Shown piece after piece: positions 1-9,728 of a stretch of 64,000 nt of DNA (positions are counted from its first letter, which is position 1; each line of letters starts with the position of its first letter). The stretch spans positions 96,001 through 160,000 of the forward strand of contig CBDCQT010000013.1 of assembly GCA_965220745.1 (NCBI GenBank), in the 5' to 3' direction. The DNA comes from Alphaproteobacteria bacterium. Its GTDB lineage: Bacteria; Pseudomonadota; Alphaproteobacteria; UBA828. The notes below the pieces were generated by a model. The model did no database searches and had not been told where the DNA came from. It saw only the letters and a list, made by a program, of their open reading frames with translations. The translations under genes and the position numbers were made by a program.

Positions 1-495
1 GAGCGCTCGGACTTGATGCGAGACGCGGCGTGGCGGAGGGGCTTCGGCCTACTTCAGAAATTCGATCTCTCCTTCGACATGATGATCTACTCCGGCCAGC
101 TCGGCGACGCGCTCGATCTGGCACAGGCCTTCCCGGACACGCAGATCATCCTCAACCACACTGGCAGCCCCGCCGACCGGGGCGACGAGGCCATCGCGGC
201 GTGGCGCGCGGGCATGAGCGCGCTGGCCGGCGCCGCCAACGTCGCGGTCAAGATTTCCGACCTCGGCGCCTACGACCACGACTGGACGACCGAGAGCACG
301 CGGCCCTTCATCCGCCACACCATCGACGCCTTCGGCACCGAGCGCTGCATGTTCGCGAGCGATTTTCCGGTGGCAGCGCTGCACGGCGGCGCCGATGCGA
401 TCTACGACTCGTTCAAGACCATCGTCGCCGATCTCACAGCGGGCGAGCAGCGCGCGCTCTTCCACGACAACGCGGTGCGTTTCTATCGGCTGTGA
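1..495 (+). CDS. Amidohydrolase_2 family protein, 5'-truncated by the window edge
   Basis: Frame is open from base 1. Motifs ILNHTGSP, VKISDLG and FGTERCMFASDFPV are typical of amidohydrolase-2/lactonase proteins. Confidence 0.85.
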   Translation, partial: ERSDLMRDAAWRRGFGLLQKFDLSFDMMIYSGQLGDALDLAQAFPDTQIILNHTGSPADRGDEAIAAWRAGMSALAGAANVAVKISDLGAYDHDWTTESTRPFIRHTIDAFGTERCMFASDFPVAALHGGADAIYDSFKTIVADLTAGEQRALFHDNAVRFYRL

Positions 496-1436
496 GACTG
501 AGTCCCGCTCCCGAGCACTCTCTCCACGAAGGCATCGAACAGCGCGAAGACCTGCGCCCGGACCTCGTCGGTCTCCATCAGGGGCTCGTGGCGGGAGCCG
601 AGAATGGTCTCCAGGCGGCAGTCGGGCAGCCGCGCGGCGATGCGCTTCTGGGCCCCATTTGAAACTACCCTGTCGCCTTCGGCGCTGATCATCAGCACCG
701 GCGTCGCGACCCGCTCGGGATACCCCCGGCTGCGCAGGACCGCCACTGAGCGCCGGGTGGCGGCGAGCCAGCCCACCGTCGGCCAGCCGATAGCGAGCGC
801 CGGGTTCTCGCGCATCAGCGTCTCCATGCGCTCGTACCGTGCGCGGTCGCGGGTCAGCGGATTGCCGTCGTAGGGCGGCGGGAAGGTCCCGCGCACCGGC
901 ACGTACTGGTTCCTGAGGCCGACGCTCATAGCGGCAATCGTGAGCACCGCGCCCAGAGCCCGCTCGGCGGGGGTCATCAGGATGTCCACCATGGGGGCGG
1001 AGAGGGCGATGCCTCGAGCAAAATAGGGTCCGGCGCCGGCGTCGTGCTCGGCCCGGTGGCGGAGCACGATGTGGCCGCCCATGGAATGGGCCAGCACCAC
1101 GATGGGCCGCGGGGCTTCGGGGACCACCAGCCGCTCCAGGAACAGGTCGAGGTCCTTGAGAAAATCGTTGTAGCTGACGACGTGGCCCTTGCGCGGATCC
1201 TTAAGCACCCGGCCGGAGCGGCCCTGGCCCCGCCAGTCCAGCGCGTAGACGGCGAAGCCTCGGGCCAAGATGTCATCCACGGTCTCGCCGTACTTCTCGA
1301 TGAACTCGGCCCTGCCCTGCAGCAGCACCACCGTTCCCCGCCCGCCACCGGGCGGTGCGGGCCAGACCACTGTGCGGAGCGGGAAGCCGTCGTGGGCGGT
1401 GAGGGTCCCTAGCTGCGGCGTCGGCCCAGTGTGCAC
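483..1436 (-). CDS. Alpha/beta hydrolase, lysophospholipase L2 (PldB)-like
   Basis: GRAEFIEKY, DWRGQGRS, nucleophile elbow AHSMGG, C-terminal RHE. Confidence 0.85.
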   Translation of the reverse strand: MHTGPTPQLGTLTAHDGFPLRTVVWPAPPGGGRGTVVLLQGRAEFIEKYGETVDDILARGFAVYALDWRGQGRSGRVLKDPRKGHVVSYNDFLKDLDLFLERLVVPEAPRPIVVLAHSMGGHIVLRHRAEHDAGAGPYFARGIALSAPMVDILMTPAERALGAVLTIAAMSVGLRNQYVPVRGTFPPPYDGNPLTRDRARYERMETLMRENPALAIGWPTVGWLAATRRSVAVLRSRGYPERVATPVLMISAEGDRVVSNGAQKRIAARLPDCRLETILGSRHEPLMETDEVRAQVFALFDAFVERVLGSGTQSHSR

Positions 1437-1439
1437 GCC

Positions 1440-2849
1440 TCAGGCCTTCGCTGCCGGCGCATCGACTCCCTTCACCGGTACGAGGCCGGCCGGCGCGAGA
1501 CCGGCGAGCTTGGCTGTCAGCGGGCCCGGCGTGCGGCCTTCGTCCTCGAACCGCTCCTTGCGCCGGTTCGCCGCGATCACCATGCGGCCGCCGACGTAGC
1601 GCACAGGCTCGCGGGGGAAGAGTCCCACGCCCTCGCGCACCAGACTGCACTCCGACCATTCGTCCTTCGTCCCAAGGGCGAGGGACGCGAGAATGCGCCC
1701 GCCCACGGAGGTGGGCCCCACGCCGTTGCCGGAGAAGCCGAGGCCGTAGAGCAGGTCGTCACGGCCGTCGAGGCGGCCGAAGAAGGGCAGCCCACTGAGG
1801 GATCGGTCGACCGGCCCGGTCCAGCTCGTCGCGATCGGCGCGTCCTTGAAGTTGGGGTAAATCCGGCGGAAGTTTTCCTCGACCTCGCGTGAGCGCGGCG
1901 AGGCACCGTTGAAGCGGTCATCGACCCGGTTGCCGAAAGAGAGCCGCCCGCCGCCCATGCCGAAAACGAAGCGACCGTCCATGGTCGGCCGGTAATAGTT
2001 CACCAGGGTCCGGGAATCGGAGATGCACATCCCGCCGCTGTAGCCCGAGTCGGCGAGGCGTTCGGGCATCGGCCGGGTTGCCACGATGTCGCTGGCGATC
2101 ACGACGACGGTCCGTCGCAACTCCGGGAACATCGTGGACCAGGCATTCATGGCGATTACGACCTTTTCCGCCGTCACGATGCCCCTGGGCGTGACCACGC
2201 GCGGCGGGCGGCCGCGGTGGAGGCTCATCATCGGCGTCTGCTCGTAGATGCGCACGCCCAGCGAGAGCGCCGTGCGCCGAAGCCCATGCGCCAGCATGGC
2301 CGGCTGCACGGTGGCGCCGGTCGGCTCGTAGACGCCGGCGATGTGCTTGTCGGTGCCCGAGCGGCGCTTGACCGTCTCCGGCTCCCAGAGCTCGAAGGGA
2401 TGCTCCTGGTAGCGCTCCAGGGTGTTGACCAGGGCGTCCCAGGAGCCGACCTGCGGCGCGCTGGTCGCAGCCCAAAGCCAGCCGTCGCCACGATAGTGCG
2501 CGTCGATCCCGTTGTCGGCGCAGAACTGGCCGATCTCGCCCACGGCATCGGCCGAGGCGCGAGCGAGCCGCACCGCCTCGTCCGAGGGGCAAATCTTGCA
2601 GAGGGAGCCGAACTTGGCCCACCAACTCAGCACGAAGCCGCCGTTGCGTCCGCTCGCGCCGCTGCCGCACAGGCCTTGCTCGACGATGGCGATGTCGATG
2701 GAGGGGTCGCGCTGCTTCAGGCGAATCGCCGTCCACAGCCCGCAAAAGCCGCCGCCGATGATGCAAACGTCCGCGCGCACATCGCCTTCGAGGGCCGGTG
2801 CCGCGTCGTCCGTGGAAAGGCCGGCTTCGGTCAGCCAGTGGCTAAGCAT
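1440..2849 (-). CDS. FAD-dependent oxidoreductase (DAO family, gamma-glutamylputrescine oxidase-like)
   Basis: IIGGGFCGL Rossmann motif, GASGRNGG, GFSGNGVG. Confidence 0.85.
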   Translation of the reverse strand: MLSHWLTEAGLSTDDAAPALEGDVRADVCIIGGGFCGLWTAIRLKQRDPSIDIAIVEQGLCGSGASGRNGGFVLSWWAKFGSLCKICPSDEAVRLARASADAVGEIGQFCADNGIDAHYRGDGWLWAATSAPQVGSWDALVNTLERYQEHPFELWEPETVKRRSGTDKHIAGVYEPTGATVQPAMLAHGLRRTALSLGVRIYEQTPMMSLHRGRPPRVVTPRGIVTAEKVVIAMNAWSTMFPELRRTVVVIASDIVATRPMPERLADSGYSGGMCISDSRTLVNYYRPTMDGRFVFGMGGGRLSFGNRVDDRFNGASPRSREVEENFRRIYPNFKDAPIATSWTGPVDRSLSGLPFFGRLDGRDDLLYGLGFSGNGVGPTSVGGRILASLALGTKDEWSECSLVREGVGLFPREPVRYVGGRMVIAANRRKERFEDEGRTPGPLTAKLAGLAPAGLVPVKGVDAPAAKA

Positions 2850-2902
2850 TCGTTCACTCCGTTGCTCGTCCGACGAAGACGGTTTCGCTGTCCGTCACGA
2901 TC

Positions 2903-3292
2903 CTACTCCTCAGGCAGTTGATCCCGGACCGCTTCCAAGAGCGCTTCAACGAGCGTGAGCGCGCGGCCCCGGTCGATGGGTTCGGCATTCGCGCCGACGC
3001 CCGCGTAACGGAACTCGACCGCATAGGGCGTGTAAGCGGCCAGATCGTTGAAGGGCTCGGTCGCGGCGCCCCGCTCGGCGAGGAGCGCCAGAAGCGTCTC
3101 GATGCTGTGGGTAAGCGGATAGCTGTCGCCCAGGAGCGCGATCCAGGCCTTGAGCAGCTTTTCGGCTCCTTGTTGTACGTGGAAACCGAATATCTCCGCG
3201 GGGATTGCGTCCGAACGGCGCATGACACGAAGCGCCTCGATGTCGCGTTCGGCCGCGTTCACGAGCATCCGCGCACACTTAGGGTCGCTCAT
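2903..3292 (-). CDS. HEPN domain protein (partner of MNT)
   Basis: ATG at 3292 overlaps the MNT 3' end. FHVQQGAEKLLKA, YPLTH and YAVEFRY match sacsin-type HEPN motifs. 129 aa. Confidence 0.85.
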   Translation of the reverse strand: MSDPKCARMLVNAAERDIEALRVMRRSDAIPAEIFGFHVQQGAEKLLKAWIALLGDSYPLTHSIETLLALLAERGAATEPFNDLAAYTPYAVEFRYAGVGANAEPIDRGRALTLVEALLEAVRDQLPEE

Positions 3293-3614
3293 AAAGCACC
3301 TTGCCTTCCCTGAGCGCGCGCGCGAGCACGTGGTTGAGAGAATCGCGCCAGTAATCCACGTCTTCGTGGGAGTAGACGAGAACGTCGGCGGCGACGGGAT
3401 ACCCCGCGATTGCGTGATAAAGCCTGACCAGCTCCTTGTGGCGGCTGCGCGCCGCGCCGAAGGGCTCGGCCTCCACGACAATCAGGTCGATGTCCGATCT
3501 CTCGCCCTCCTCCCCCCGAGCGCGGGAGCCGAAGAGGATGACCTGCTCGGGATCGACCTCCGCAACGATGGCCTGAACCATCTCGTCGATCAGCGCGTCG
3601 GTGATCGGGATCAT
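3279..3614 (-). CDS. Minimal nucleotidyltransferase (MNT) domain protein
   Basis: ILFGSRARG-x5-SDIDL (GSx10DxD) signature, 111 aa, directly upstream of the HEPN gene. Confidence 0.9.
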   Translation of the reverse strand: MIPITDALIDEMVQAIVAEVDPEQVILFGSRARGEEGERSDIDLIVVEAEPFGAARSRHKELVRLYHAIAGYPVAADVLVYSHEDVDYWRDSLNHVLARALREGKVLYERP

Positions 3615-3618
3615 CGGT

Positions 3619-5010
3619 TCACTCGTTCTCCGCGCGCTCGCCGAAGAGCAAGGTCACGTTGATCCGCCGGTTCGCAAAGCCGCTCCGGAAGCACACCCCG
3701 CCGCTCTCGTGAATGAGACTCGAATCGAAGATCACCGCCCGGTTGCAGCGATAGGGAACTCGCACCGGCGCCCGCCCTTCTTGCGCGACGAGACGCTCCA
3801 GCGGTGCCGGGTCCAGATTGTAGTCCGAAAAGCCCCAATCAGGCGGCGCGGCGACATCGTGCACCACGAGGCCGGCCGCCTCGGGGTCGGGGCAGGCGCT
3901 GTCCGGCGTGATCCAGAGGTTGATGTTGATGGCGGCCTTGTCCGCGTGCTTGCGCGTCCCACCGCCCGCCTGCCCATAACTGAACGCCCACATCTGAACG
4001 AGCCGGTGCTTGCCGATGATGCCGCCGAGCCGTTCGCCCATCTCGCGGGCCAGCGCGATCAAAACCGGGTGGTCGAAGCCCTCGTGCAGATAGGCGCCGA
4101 GATAGCCGCCATGCTCCTTGCAGTCGAACCAGATCGTCGCCTCAAGGCAGAAGCGCTGGAGGGTGGCCAGGGCCGAAGCACTGAGCAAGTCGTCCACGAT
4201 GACGACGGAGGGCGTAGCCTCGTGGTAGCGCCGCTCGATCTCGCCCGCATCGAGGCGGGGGTTGAGTGCGGGCGCGATGTCCTCCTCCGGCGGGCGATAG
4301 ATCACCCGGTTGTAGACCGGGCAGATCAGCCGTCGCTCGGCCTCCGTGAGCGGGCGCGGCGCGCTCGGCCGGTCTTCGTTGCCGAAACTGGCGAGCACCC
4401 GGCGCAGGCCCCCGCGCGCCTCGGCAAGCGGGGGCGGGAGGCGTTCCATCTCCACCAGATGGTCGAGCTGCGCGAGGTCGTGTTCGAGCTTGATCCGCGA
4501 CGCGTTCTGGAAGGTCGCCTGCTGGGCGGGGTCGAGCACGGCGGTGCCGCTGGCGGGGTCGATGCCCCACCAGGCGGAGCCGCGATGGAGCGCGAGCCCC
4601 GCGCGATAGCACTGCGCGGCCTCTTCCAGCCGCCCTTGCCGCTTCAACGCGACGCCGAGGTTGGTGTGGGCGGCCACCGAGCCCGGCGCCTGTTCGAGCG
4701 CCGCGCAAAAGGCGCGCTCGGCTGCCTCGTCGTCGCCTTGCCTCAGTGCTAGGTTGCCGAGGGTGACGCGCAGGCTCGCCTTGTCGGGCGCGAGGTCCGC
4801 AGCGGTCTCAAAGGCCTGCCGCGCCCGGTCGAGGGCGCCACGGTCGGCAGCGACGAGGCCGCAGACGTAGTGCGCGCCGGCATCGTGTGGGTCGTGGGCG
4901 AGGATGGCGCGCCCGATGGCCTCCGCCTCGCCGGCCCTGCCTGCCTGGTAGGCGGCGAATGCCGCGCTGGCGTGAGGCCGCCGCTCAGAGACGCCGCTTG
5001 AGCCCGTCAC
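3619..5010 (-). CDS. TPR-repeat protein with a C-terminal 2OG-Fe(II) oxygenase-like domain
   Basis: N-terminal TPRs (AHYVCGLVA, AHTNLGVALKRQGRLEEA). C-terminal HAD...NLWIT...NRAVIFDSSLIHES...RRINVT fits an HxD..H..R pattern. Confidence 0.7.
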   Translation of the reverse strand: MTGSSGVSERRPHASAAFAAYQAGRAGEAEAIGRAILAHDPHDAGAHYVCGLVAADRGALDRARQAFETAADLAPDKASLRVTLGNLALRQGDDEAAERAFCAALEQAPGSVAAHTNLGVALKRQGRLEEAAQCYRAGLALHRGSAWWGIDPASGTAVLDPAQQATFQNASRIKLEHDLAQLDHLVEMERLPPPLAEARGGLRRVLASFGNEDRPSAPRPLTEAERRLICPVYNRVIYRPPEEDIAPALNPRLDAGEIERRYHEATPSVVIVDDLLSASALATLQRFCLEATIWFDCKEHGGYLGAYLHEGFDHPVLIALAREMGERLGGIIGKHRLVQMWAFSYGQAGGGTRKHADKAAININLWITPDSACPDPEAAGLVVHDVAAPPDWGFSDYNLDPAPLERLVAQEGRAPVRVPYRCNRAVIFDSSLIHESGGVCFRSGFANRRINVTLLFGERAENE

Positions 5011-6664
5011 GGGTCACCTTGAACCCCGCCGCCTCCCGATCCCAGGTCGCAGGCGTGATTCCGTCTTCGCGCAACACCACCTTGCGCACCTTCTGCGTGG
5101 GCGTGCGCGGCAGGTCGGCCCGGAACTCGATGAAGCGCGGGACCATGAAGTAAGGCATCTCGGCCGCGCAGTGGCGGAGCAGCGCTTCCTCTGTCAGCGC
5201 AGCGCCGGGGTTGCGCACGACCACGATCTTCAGCTCGTCCTCACCCACCTCGGCGGGAACCGCGATGGCGGCGGTCTCGGCGACATCCGGGTGTTTGTTG
5301 ACGATCCGCTCGACCTCGAAGGACGAGATGTTCTCGCCCCGGCGCCGGATCGCGTCCTTCATCCGGTCGTGGAAGAAGAGGAAGCCGTTCTGGTCCATGT
5401 GGCCGCGGTCGCCGCTGTGGAACCAGAGGTTGCGGAATGCTGCGAGCGTCGCCTCCGGCAGGCCGTCGTAACCTTCCATCAGGATGTAGGGGTGCCTGGC
5501 GCGGACCACGATCTCGCCCGAGGTGCCGGGAGGCACCGGGCGGTCCATCTCGTCGAAGATCGCCACCTCGTAGTAGGGCGCCGCACGCCCGGCCGTGCCC
5601 TTCGGCGTCGCTTCGTCCGGCCGCGTGTAGACCACGATGTTGGCCTCGGTCGAGCCGTAACCCTCGGTTAGTTGTAGGTCAAAGCGTTCGAGGAATTCCT
5701 CTTGCACTTCGTGCGGATTGGGCACCGAGTAGATCATGCGCAGCGGGTTGTCCGCATCGTCGGGCTTGCACGGCTCGGCCCAGAGCATGTGGCAGATGCC
5801 GCCGACGCCCACCGTCACGGTCGCGCCGTGCGCACGCACGTCCGGCCAGAACTGCCCGGCGCTGAAGCGCGGGCGCAGCAGCATGCGGCAATCAGCCAGC
5901 ATGGTGCCCAGCAGGATGAACTTGCCGGCGATGTGGAAGAAGGGGAGGAAGTTGTAGGTCACGTCATCGGCGCGAAGCGACGCGATCTCGTTGAAGACGA
6001 CGGCGAACGACAGCTCGAAATGGTTGTTGATGACGACACCTTTCGAGGGCCCCGTGGTGCCCGAGGTAAACATGATGCAGGCCGTCGTCGTCGCCTCGAT
6101 GGCGCGCGGCGTATCGGCGCCGTCCCCGGTGGCGACCTCCTCCAGCGAGAGCACGACGCCCGGCAGCGTGCGCCGCGCATCCTCCAAGTCGTCGCCGGCC
6201 ACGATGAAGGTGCCGAGGCCGGGGCAGCGGTCGGCGATCCGCGCGACCACGGGCACGAACTCGGCGTCCAGCACCATCGCCGTCACCCGCGCACTGGTCA
6301 CGATGTGGGTCAGGATGTCGCCCCGATAGGCCGTGTTGATGGGCACCTCGACGACGCCGAGCTTGGCGGTCGCGAACCAGACGAAGACGTGGGTCGGCGC
6401 GTTCTGCATCATCACGGCGCAGCGGTGACCGGGCTCGATCCCCCGCGCCTCCAGGCCGGCGGCGATGCGGTTGGCCTCGCGGTTGATGGCGGCGTAGCTG
6501 TAGTCGAGTCCGGACCAGTGCATTACCGGGTGATCGGGGCGCTCGGCCGCGCGCTGCTCGAGCACCCGGTGGACCAGCCAGGTCTCGGGCTCCTTGCCGA
6601 TGGTCAGCATCGCGCGCCGCTGCTCGTCATACCGCCAGAATGGAGACCCATTGTTTGATGTCAA
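4985..6664 (-). CDS. AMP-binding acyl-CoA ligase (CaiC-like)
   Basis: MFTSGTTGPSKG, EGYGSTE, WFHSGD, RRRGENISSFEVE, LPRTPTQKV. Confidence 0.9.
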   Translation of the reverse strand: MTSNNGSPFWRYDEQRRAMLTIGKEPETWLVHRVLEQRAAERPDHPVMHWSGLDYSYAAINREANRIAAGLEARGIEPGHRCAVMMQNAPTHVFVWFATAKLGVVEVPINTAYRGDILTHIVTSARVTAMVLDAEFVPVVARIADRCPGLGTFIVAGDDLEDARRTLPGVVLSLEEVATGDGADTPRAIEATTTACIMFTSGTTGPSKGVVINNHFELSFAVVFNEIASLRADDVTYNFLPFFHIAGKFILLGTMLADCRMLLRPRFSAGQFWPDVRAHGATVTVGVGGICHMLWAEPCKPDDADNPLRMIYSVPNPHEVQEEFLERFDLQLTEGYGSTEANIVVYTRPDEATPKGTAGRAAPYYEVAIFDEMDRPVPPGTSGEIVVRARHPYILMEGYDGLPEATLAAFRNLWFHSGDRGHMDQNGFLFFHDRMKDAIRRRGENISSFEVERIVNKHPDVAETAAIAVPAEVGEDELKIVVVRNPGAALTEEALLRHCAAEMPYFMVPRFIEFRADLPRTPTQKVRKVVLREDGITPATWDREAAGFKVTRDGLKRRL

Positions 6665-6709
6665 CGCCCGGCGGTGGACGCTGGGCTACCTTGCGCACGC
6701 TTTCCCGCC

Positions 6710-6738
6710 TTGACGGCGGTAGGCCGGGTTTTCATAGT
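6710..6738 (+). promoter_or_regulatory. Putative sigma70 promoter of the beta-oxidation operon
   Basis: TTGACG-17 bp-CATAGT, about 75 bp upstream of the ATG at 6813. Confidence 0.5.
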
Positions 6739-6812
6739 GCACGGAAGTGTGTTCCCCGCGTCTGGACAGGGCGGAGCGGGGCCGCGAATCCCAGGCCAAA
6801 GGAGCGGAGCGC

Positions 6813-8537
6813 ATGGCTGAGAGCGAAGCGCAAGGCAGTGCACATCCCTGGGAGAAGTCGTACCCGGAGAACGTCGACTGGAACGCGCCGCTACCCAGCG
6901 GGGCGCTCCACCGATTGCTCGACGATGCCGTCGCCCGCTTCGGTGACCGGCCCGCGATCGACTTCATGGACAAGATCACGAGCTACCGGGAACTCGGTGA
7001 GCAGGCGAACAAGGCGGCCGGAGGATTTCAGAAGCTCGGTGTCGGCAAGGGCAAGAAAGTCGGCATCCTGCTTCCCAACTGTCCGGCCTTCGTCGCCGTC
7101 TATTACGGTGTGCTCAAGGCCGGCGGGACGGTGGTCAACGTCAACCCGCTCTATGCCATCGAAGAGATCAAGAGCCAGATCGAGGATTCGGAGACCGATA
7201 TTCTGGTCACCCTCGACCTCTCTATCCTCTACGACAAGGCCCGAATCGCGCTCGACCAGACGCGGCTCACCCATCTCGTGATCGTTTCCATGGCGGAGAT
7301 GCTGCCGGGCCTCAAGAAGCTGCTCTTCCCCATCGTCAAGCGCAGCGAAATCGCCAAGGTGCCGCGCGATTCCCGCCATGTCCGCTTCAGCGCGCTGCTC
7401 GACAACCCAGGCAGGCCGTCGCCGGTGGAGATCGACGCCAAGGAAGATATTGCGGTGCTTCAGTACACCGGCGGCACCACCGGCACCTCGAAAGGCGCGA
7501 TGCTGACCCACGCCAACCTCAGCGCGAACGTGGCGCAAGGGGCGATGATGATGCCCGGCGCCGAGGAAGGCCGCGAGGTCATGATCGGCGTGCTGCCGCT
7601 CTTCCACGTCTTCGCCATGGCCGTGGTGATGAACTACAGCATCCGGATCGGCGCCAAGATGGTCCTGCTGCCGCGCTTCGAGCTCGACACCGTGCTCAAG
7701 GTCGTCCACAAGAAGCGCCCGACCTTCTTCCCCGCGGTGCCGACGATCTACATCGCGATCAACGGCCACCCGGACGTGGCGGCCGGCAAGTACGACCTCT
7801 CCTCCATCAAGCTCTGCCTTTCGGGCGGCGCCTCGCTGCCGCGCGAAGTGCAGGAGAAGTTCCAGGAGATCTCGGGCTGCACGCTGGTGGAGGGCTACGG
7901 CCTCAGCGAGACCTCTCCGATTGCGACCTGCAACCCGACCACGCCCGGCGGCAGCCGCGAAGGCTCCCTCGGCGTGCCGGTGCCCGGCACGGTGGTTGAT
8001 ATCTGCTCGATCGACGAGCCGGAGACGGTGCTGCCGCAAGGCGAGATCGGCGAGATCTGCATCTCCGGCCCGCAGGTGATGAAGGGCTACTGGAAGCGCG
8101 ACGAGGAGAACGAACGCGCCTTCGCCGGCGGGCGCTTCCACACCGGCGACGTCGGTCGCATCGACGAGGACGGCTACGTCTATCTCATCGACCGGCTCAA
8201 GGAGGTCATCATCGCCGGCGGCTACAACATCTATCCGCGCCACGTGGAGGAGGCGATCTACAAGCACCCGTCGGTGCTGGAGGTGACGGTGATCGGCGTC
8301 GACGACGCCCGCCGCCAGCAGACCGTCAAGGCCTTCGTCCGCCTCAAGGACGGCGAGAGCCTGACGGACGACGCGCTGACGGAATTCCTCAAGGACAAGC
8401 TCTCGCCCATCGAGATGCCCAAGCAGATCGAGTTCCGCGACGAGCTGCCTAAGACCATCATCGGCAAGCTCTCCAAGAAGGAGCTGGTAGCCGAAGAGGC
8501 CGCCAAGCAGGGCGCGGCTGCCGCCGGCTCCGGTTGA
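6813..8537 (+). CDS. fadD: Long-chain fatty acid--CoA ligase
   Basis: LQYTGGTTGTSKG, EGYGLSE, FHTGD, LPKTIIGK. AAAGGAG lies upstream of the ATG at 6813. Confidence 0.88.
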   Translation: MAESEAQGSAHPWEKSYPENVDWNAPLPSGALHRLLDDAVARFGDRPAIDFMDKITSYRELGEQANKAAGGFQKLGVGKGKKVGILLPNCPAFVAVYYGVLKAGGTVVNVNPLYAIEEIKSQIEDSETDILVTLDLSILYDKARIALDQTRLTHLVIVSMAEMLPGLKKLLFPIVKRSEIAKVPRDSRHVRFSALLDNPGRPSPVEIDAKEDIAVLQYTGGTTGTSKGAMLTHANLSANVAQGAMMMPGAEEGREVMIGVLPLFHVFAMAVVMNYSIRIGAKMVLLPRFELDTVLKVVHKKRPTFFPAVPTIYIAINGHPDVAAGKYDLSSIKLCLSGGASLPREVQEKFQEISGCTLVEGYGLSETSPIATCNPTTPGGSREGSLGVPVPGTVVDICSIDEPETVLPQGEIGEICISGPQVMKGYWKRDEENERAFAGGRFHTGDVGRIDEDGYVYLIDRLKEVIIAGGYNIYPRHVEEAIYKHPSVLEVTVIGVDDARRQQTVKAFVRLKDGESLTDDALTEFLKDKLSPIEMPKQIEFRDELPKTIIGKLSKKELVAEEAAKQGAAAAGSG

Positions 8538-8591
8538 ACGCGGCCCGGCGCCGCCACACATAGCATCTGACAAAGCAAGAGGCCCCAGTCC

Positions 8592-9728
8592 ATGAATAAC
8601 GCCGTCATTGCCGGCTATGTCCGCTCGCCCTTTCACTTCGCCCACAAGGGCGCGCTGGTCGAGAAGCGCCCCGACGATCTCGCCGCCGAGGTCGTGCAGG
8701 GCCTGCTCGCTCAGACCGGCGTCGATCCCGCCGAGATCGAGGACCTGATCATCGGCTGCGCCTTTCCCGAGGGCGAGCAGGGCTTCAACATGGGGCGCAT
8801 CGTGGCGCTGATCGCGGAGCTGCCGATCTCGGTCGCCGGCGCCACCGTCAACCGCTTCTGCGGCTCGTCCATGCAGGCGATCCACATCGCCGCCGGCGCG
8901 GTCCGCATGGATGCCGGCGAAGCCTTCATCTGCGCCGGCGTGGAATCCATGAGCCGCGTGCCCATGGGCGGCTTCAACCCGGCGCCCAACCCCGACCTCT
9001 ACGAGAAGAACGAGGGCGCCTACATGTCCATGGGCGAGACCGCCGAGAACCTCGCCCGCAAGTACCAGATCACCCGCGAGGAACAGGAGTCGCTCGCGGT
9101 CGCGAGCCACGCCCGCGCTGCCGCCGCCTGGGATGAAGGCAAATACGAGGGCGAGGTGATCGCGGTCGAGACCGGCGACGGCACGGTTGAGCGCGACGGC
9201 TGCATCCGCCCCGGCACCAATGCCGAGGTCCTGGCCGGGCTCGAACCCGCCTTCGATGCCGAGGGCACGGTAACCGCCGGCACCTCGTCGCCGCTCACCG
9301 ATGGCGCCGCCGCCGTGCTGGTCTGCACCGAGGATTACGCCGCGCGCAACGGGCTCGCGGTGCTCGCACGCATCAAGGCGATCGCGGTCGCCGGATGCGC
9401 GCCCGAGATCATGGGCTACGGCCCGGTGGTCTCGTCTGAGAAGGCGCTCGCGCGTGCCGGGCTCAAGATGTCGGACGTCGACGTGATCGAGCTCAACGAG
9501 GCCTTCGCGGTGCAGGCGCTCGCCTGCGTGCGCGAGCTTTCCATCGACCTGGAGCGCATGAACATCGACGGCGGCGCCATCGCCATCGGCCATCCCCTGG
9601 GCGCCACCGGCGCGCGGATCACTGGCAAGGCCGCGCAGATCCTCCGGCGCGAGGACAAGCGCTACGCGCTCGCCACTCAGTGCATCGGCGGCGGCCAGGG
9701 CATCTCTACCGTGCTCGAGGCCGCCTGA
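8592..9728 (+). CDS. Acetyl-CoA C-acyltransferase (thiolase)
   Basis: NRFCGSS, NEAFA, GHPLGATG, QCIGGGQG. Confidence 0.95.
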   Translation: MNNAVIAGYVRSPFHFAHKGALVEKRPDDLAAEVVQGLLAQTGVDPAEIEDLIIGCAFPEGEQGFNMGRIVALIAELPISVAGATVNRFCGSSMQAIHIAAGAVRMDAGEAFICAGVESMSRVPMGGFNPAPNPDLYEKNEGAYMSMGETAENLARKYQITREEQESLAVASHARAAAAWDEGKYEGEVIAVETGDGTVERDGCIRPGTNAEVLAGLEPAFDAEGTVTAGTSSPLTDGAAAVLVCTEDYAARNGLAVLARIKAIAVAGCAPEIMGYGPVVSSEKALARAGLKMSDVDVIELNEAFAVQALACVRELSIDLERMNIDGGAIAIGHPLGATGARITGKAAQILRREDKRYALATQCIGGGQGISTVLEAA

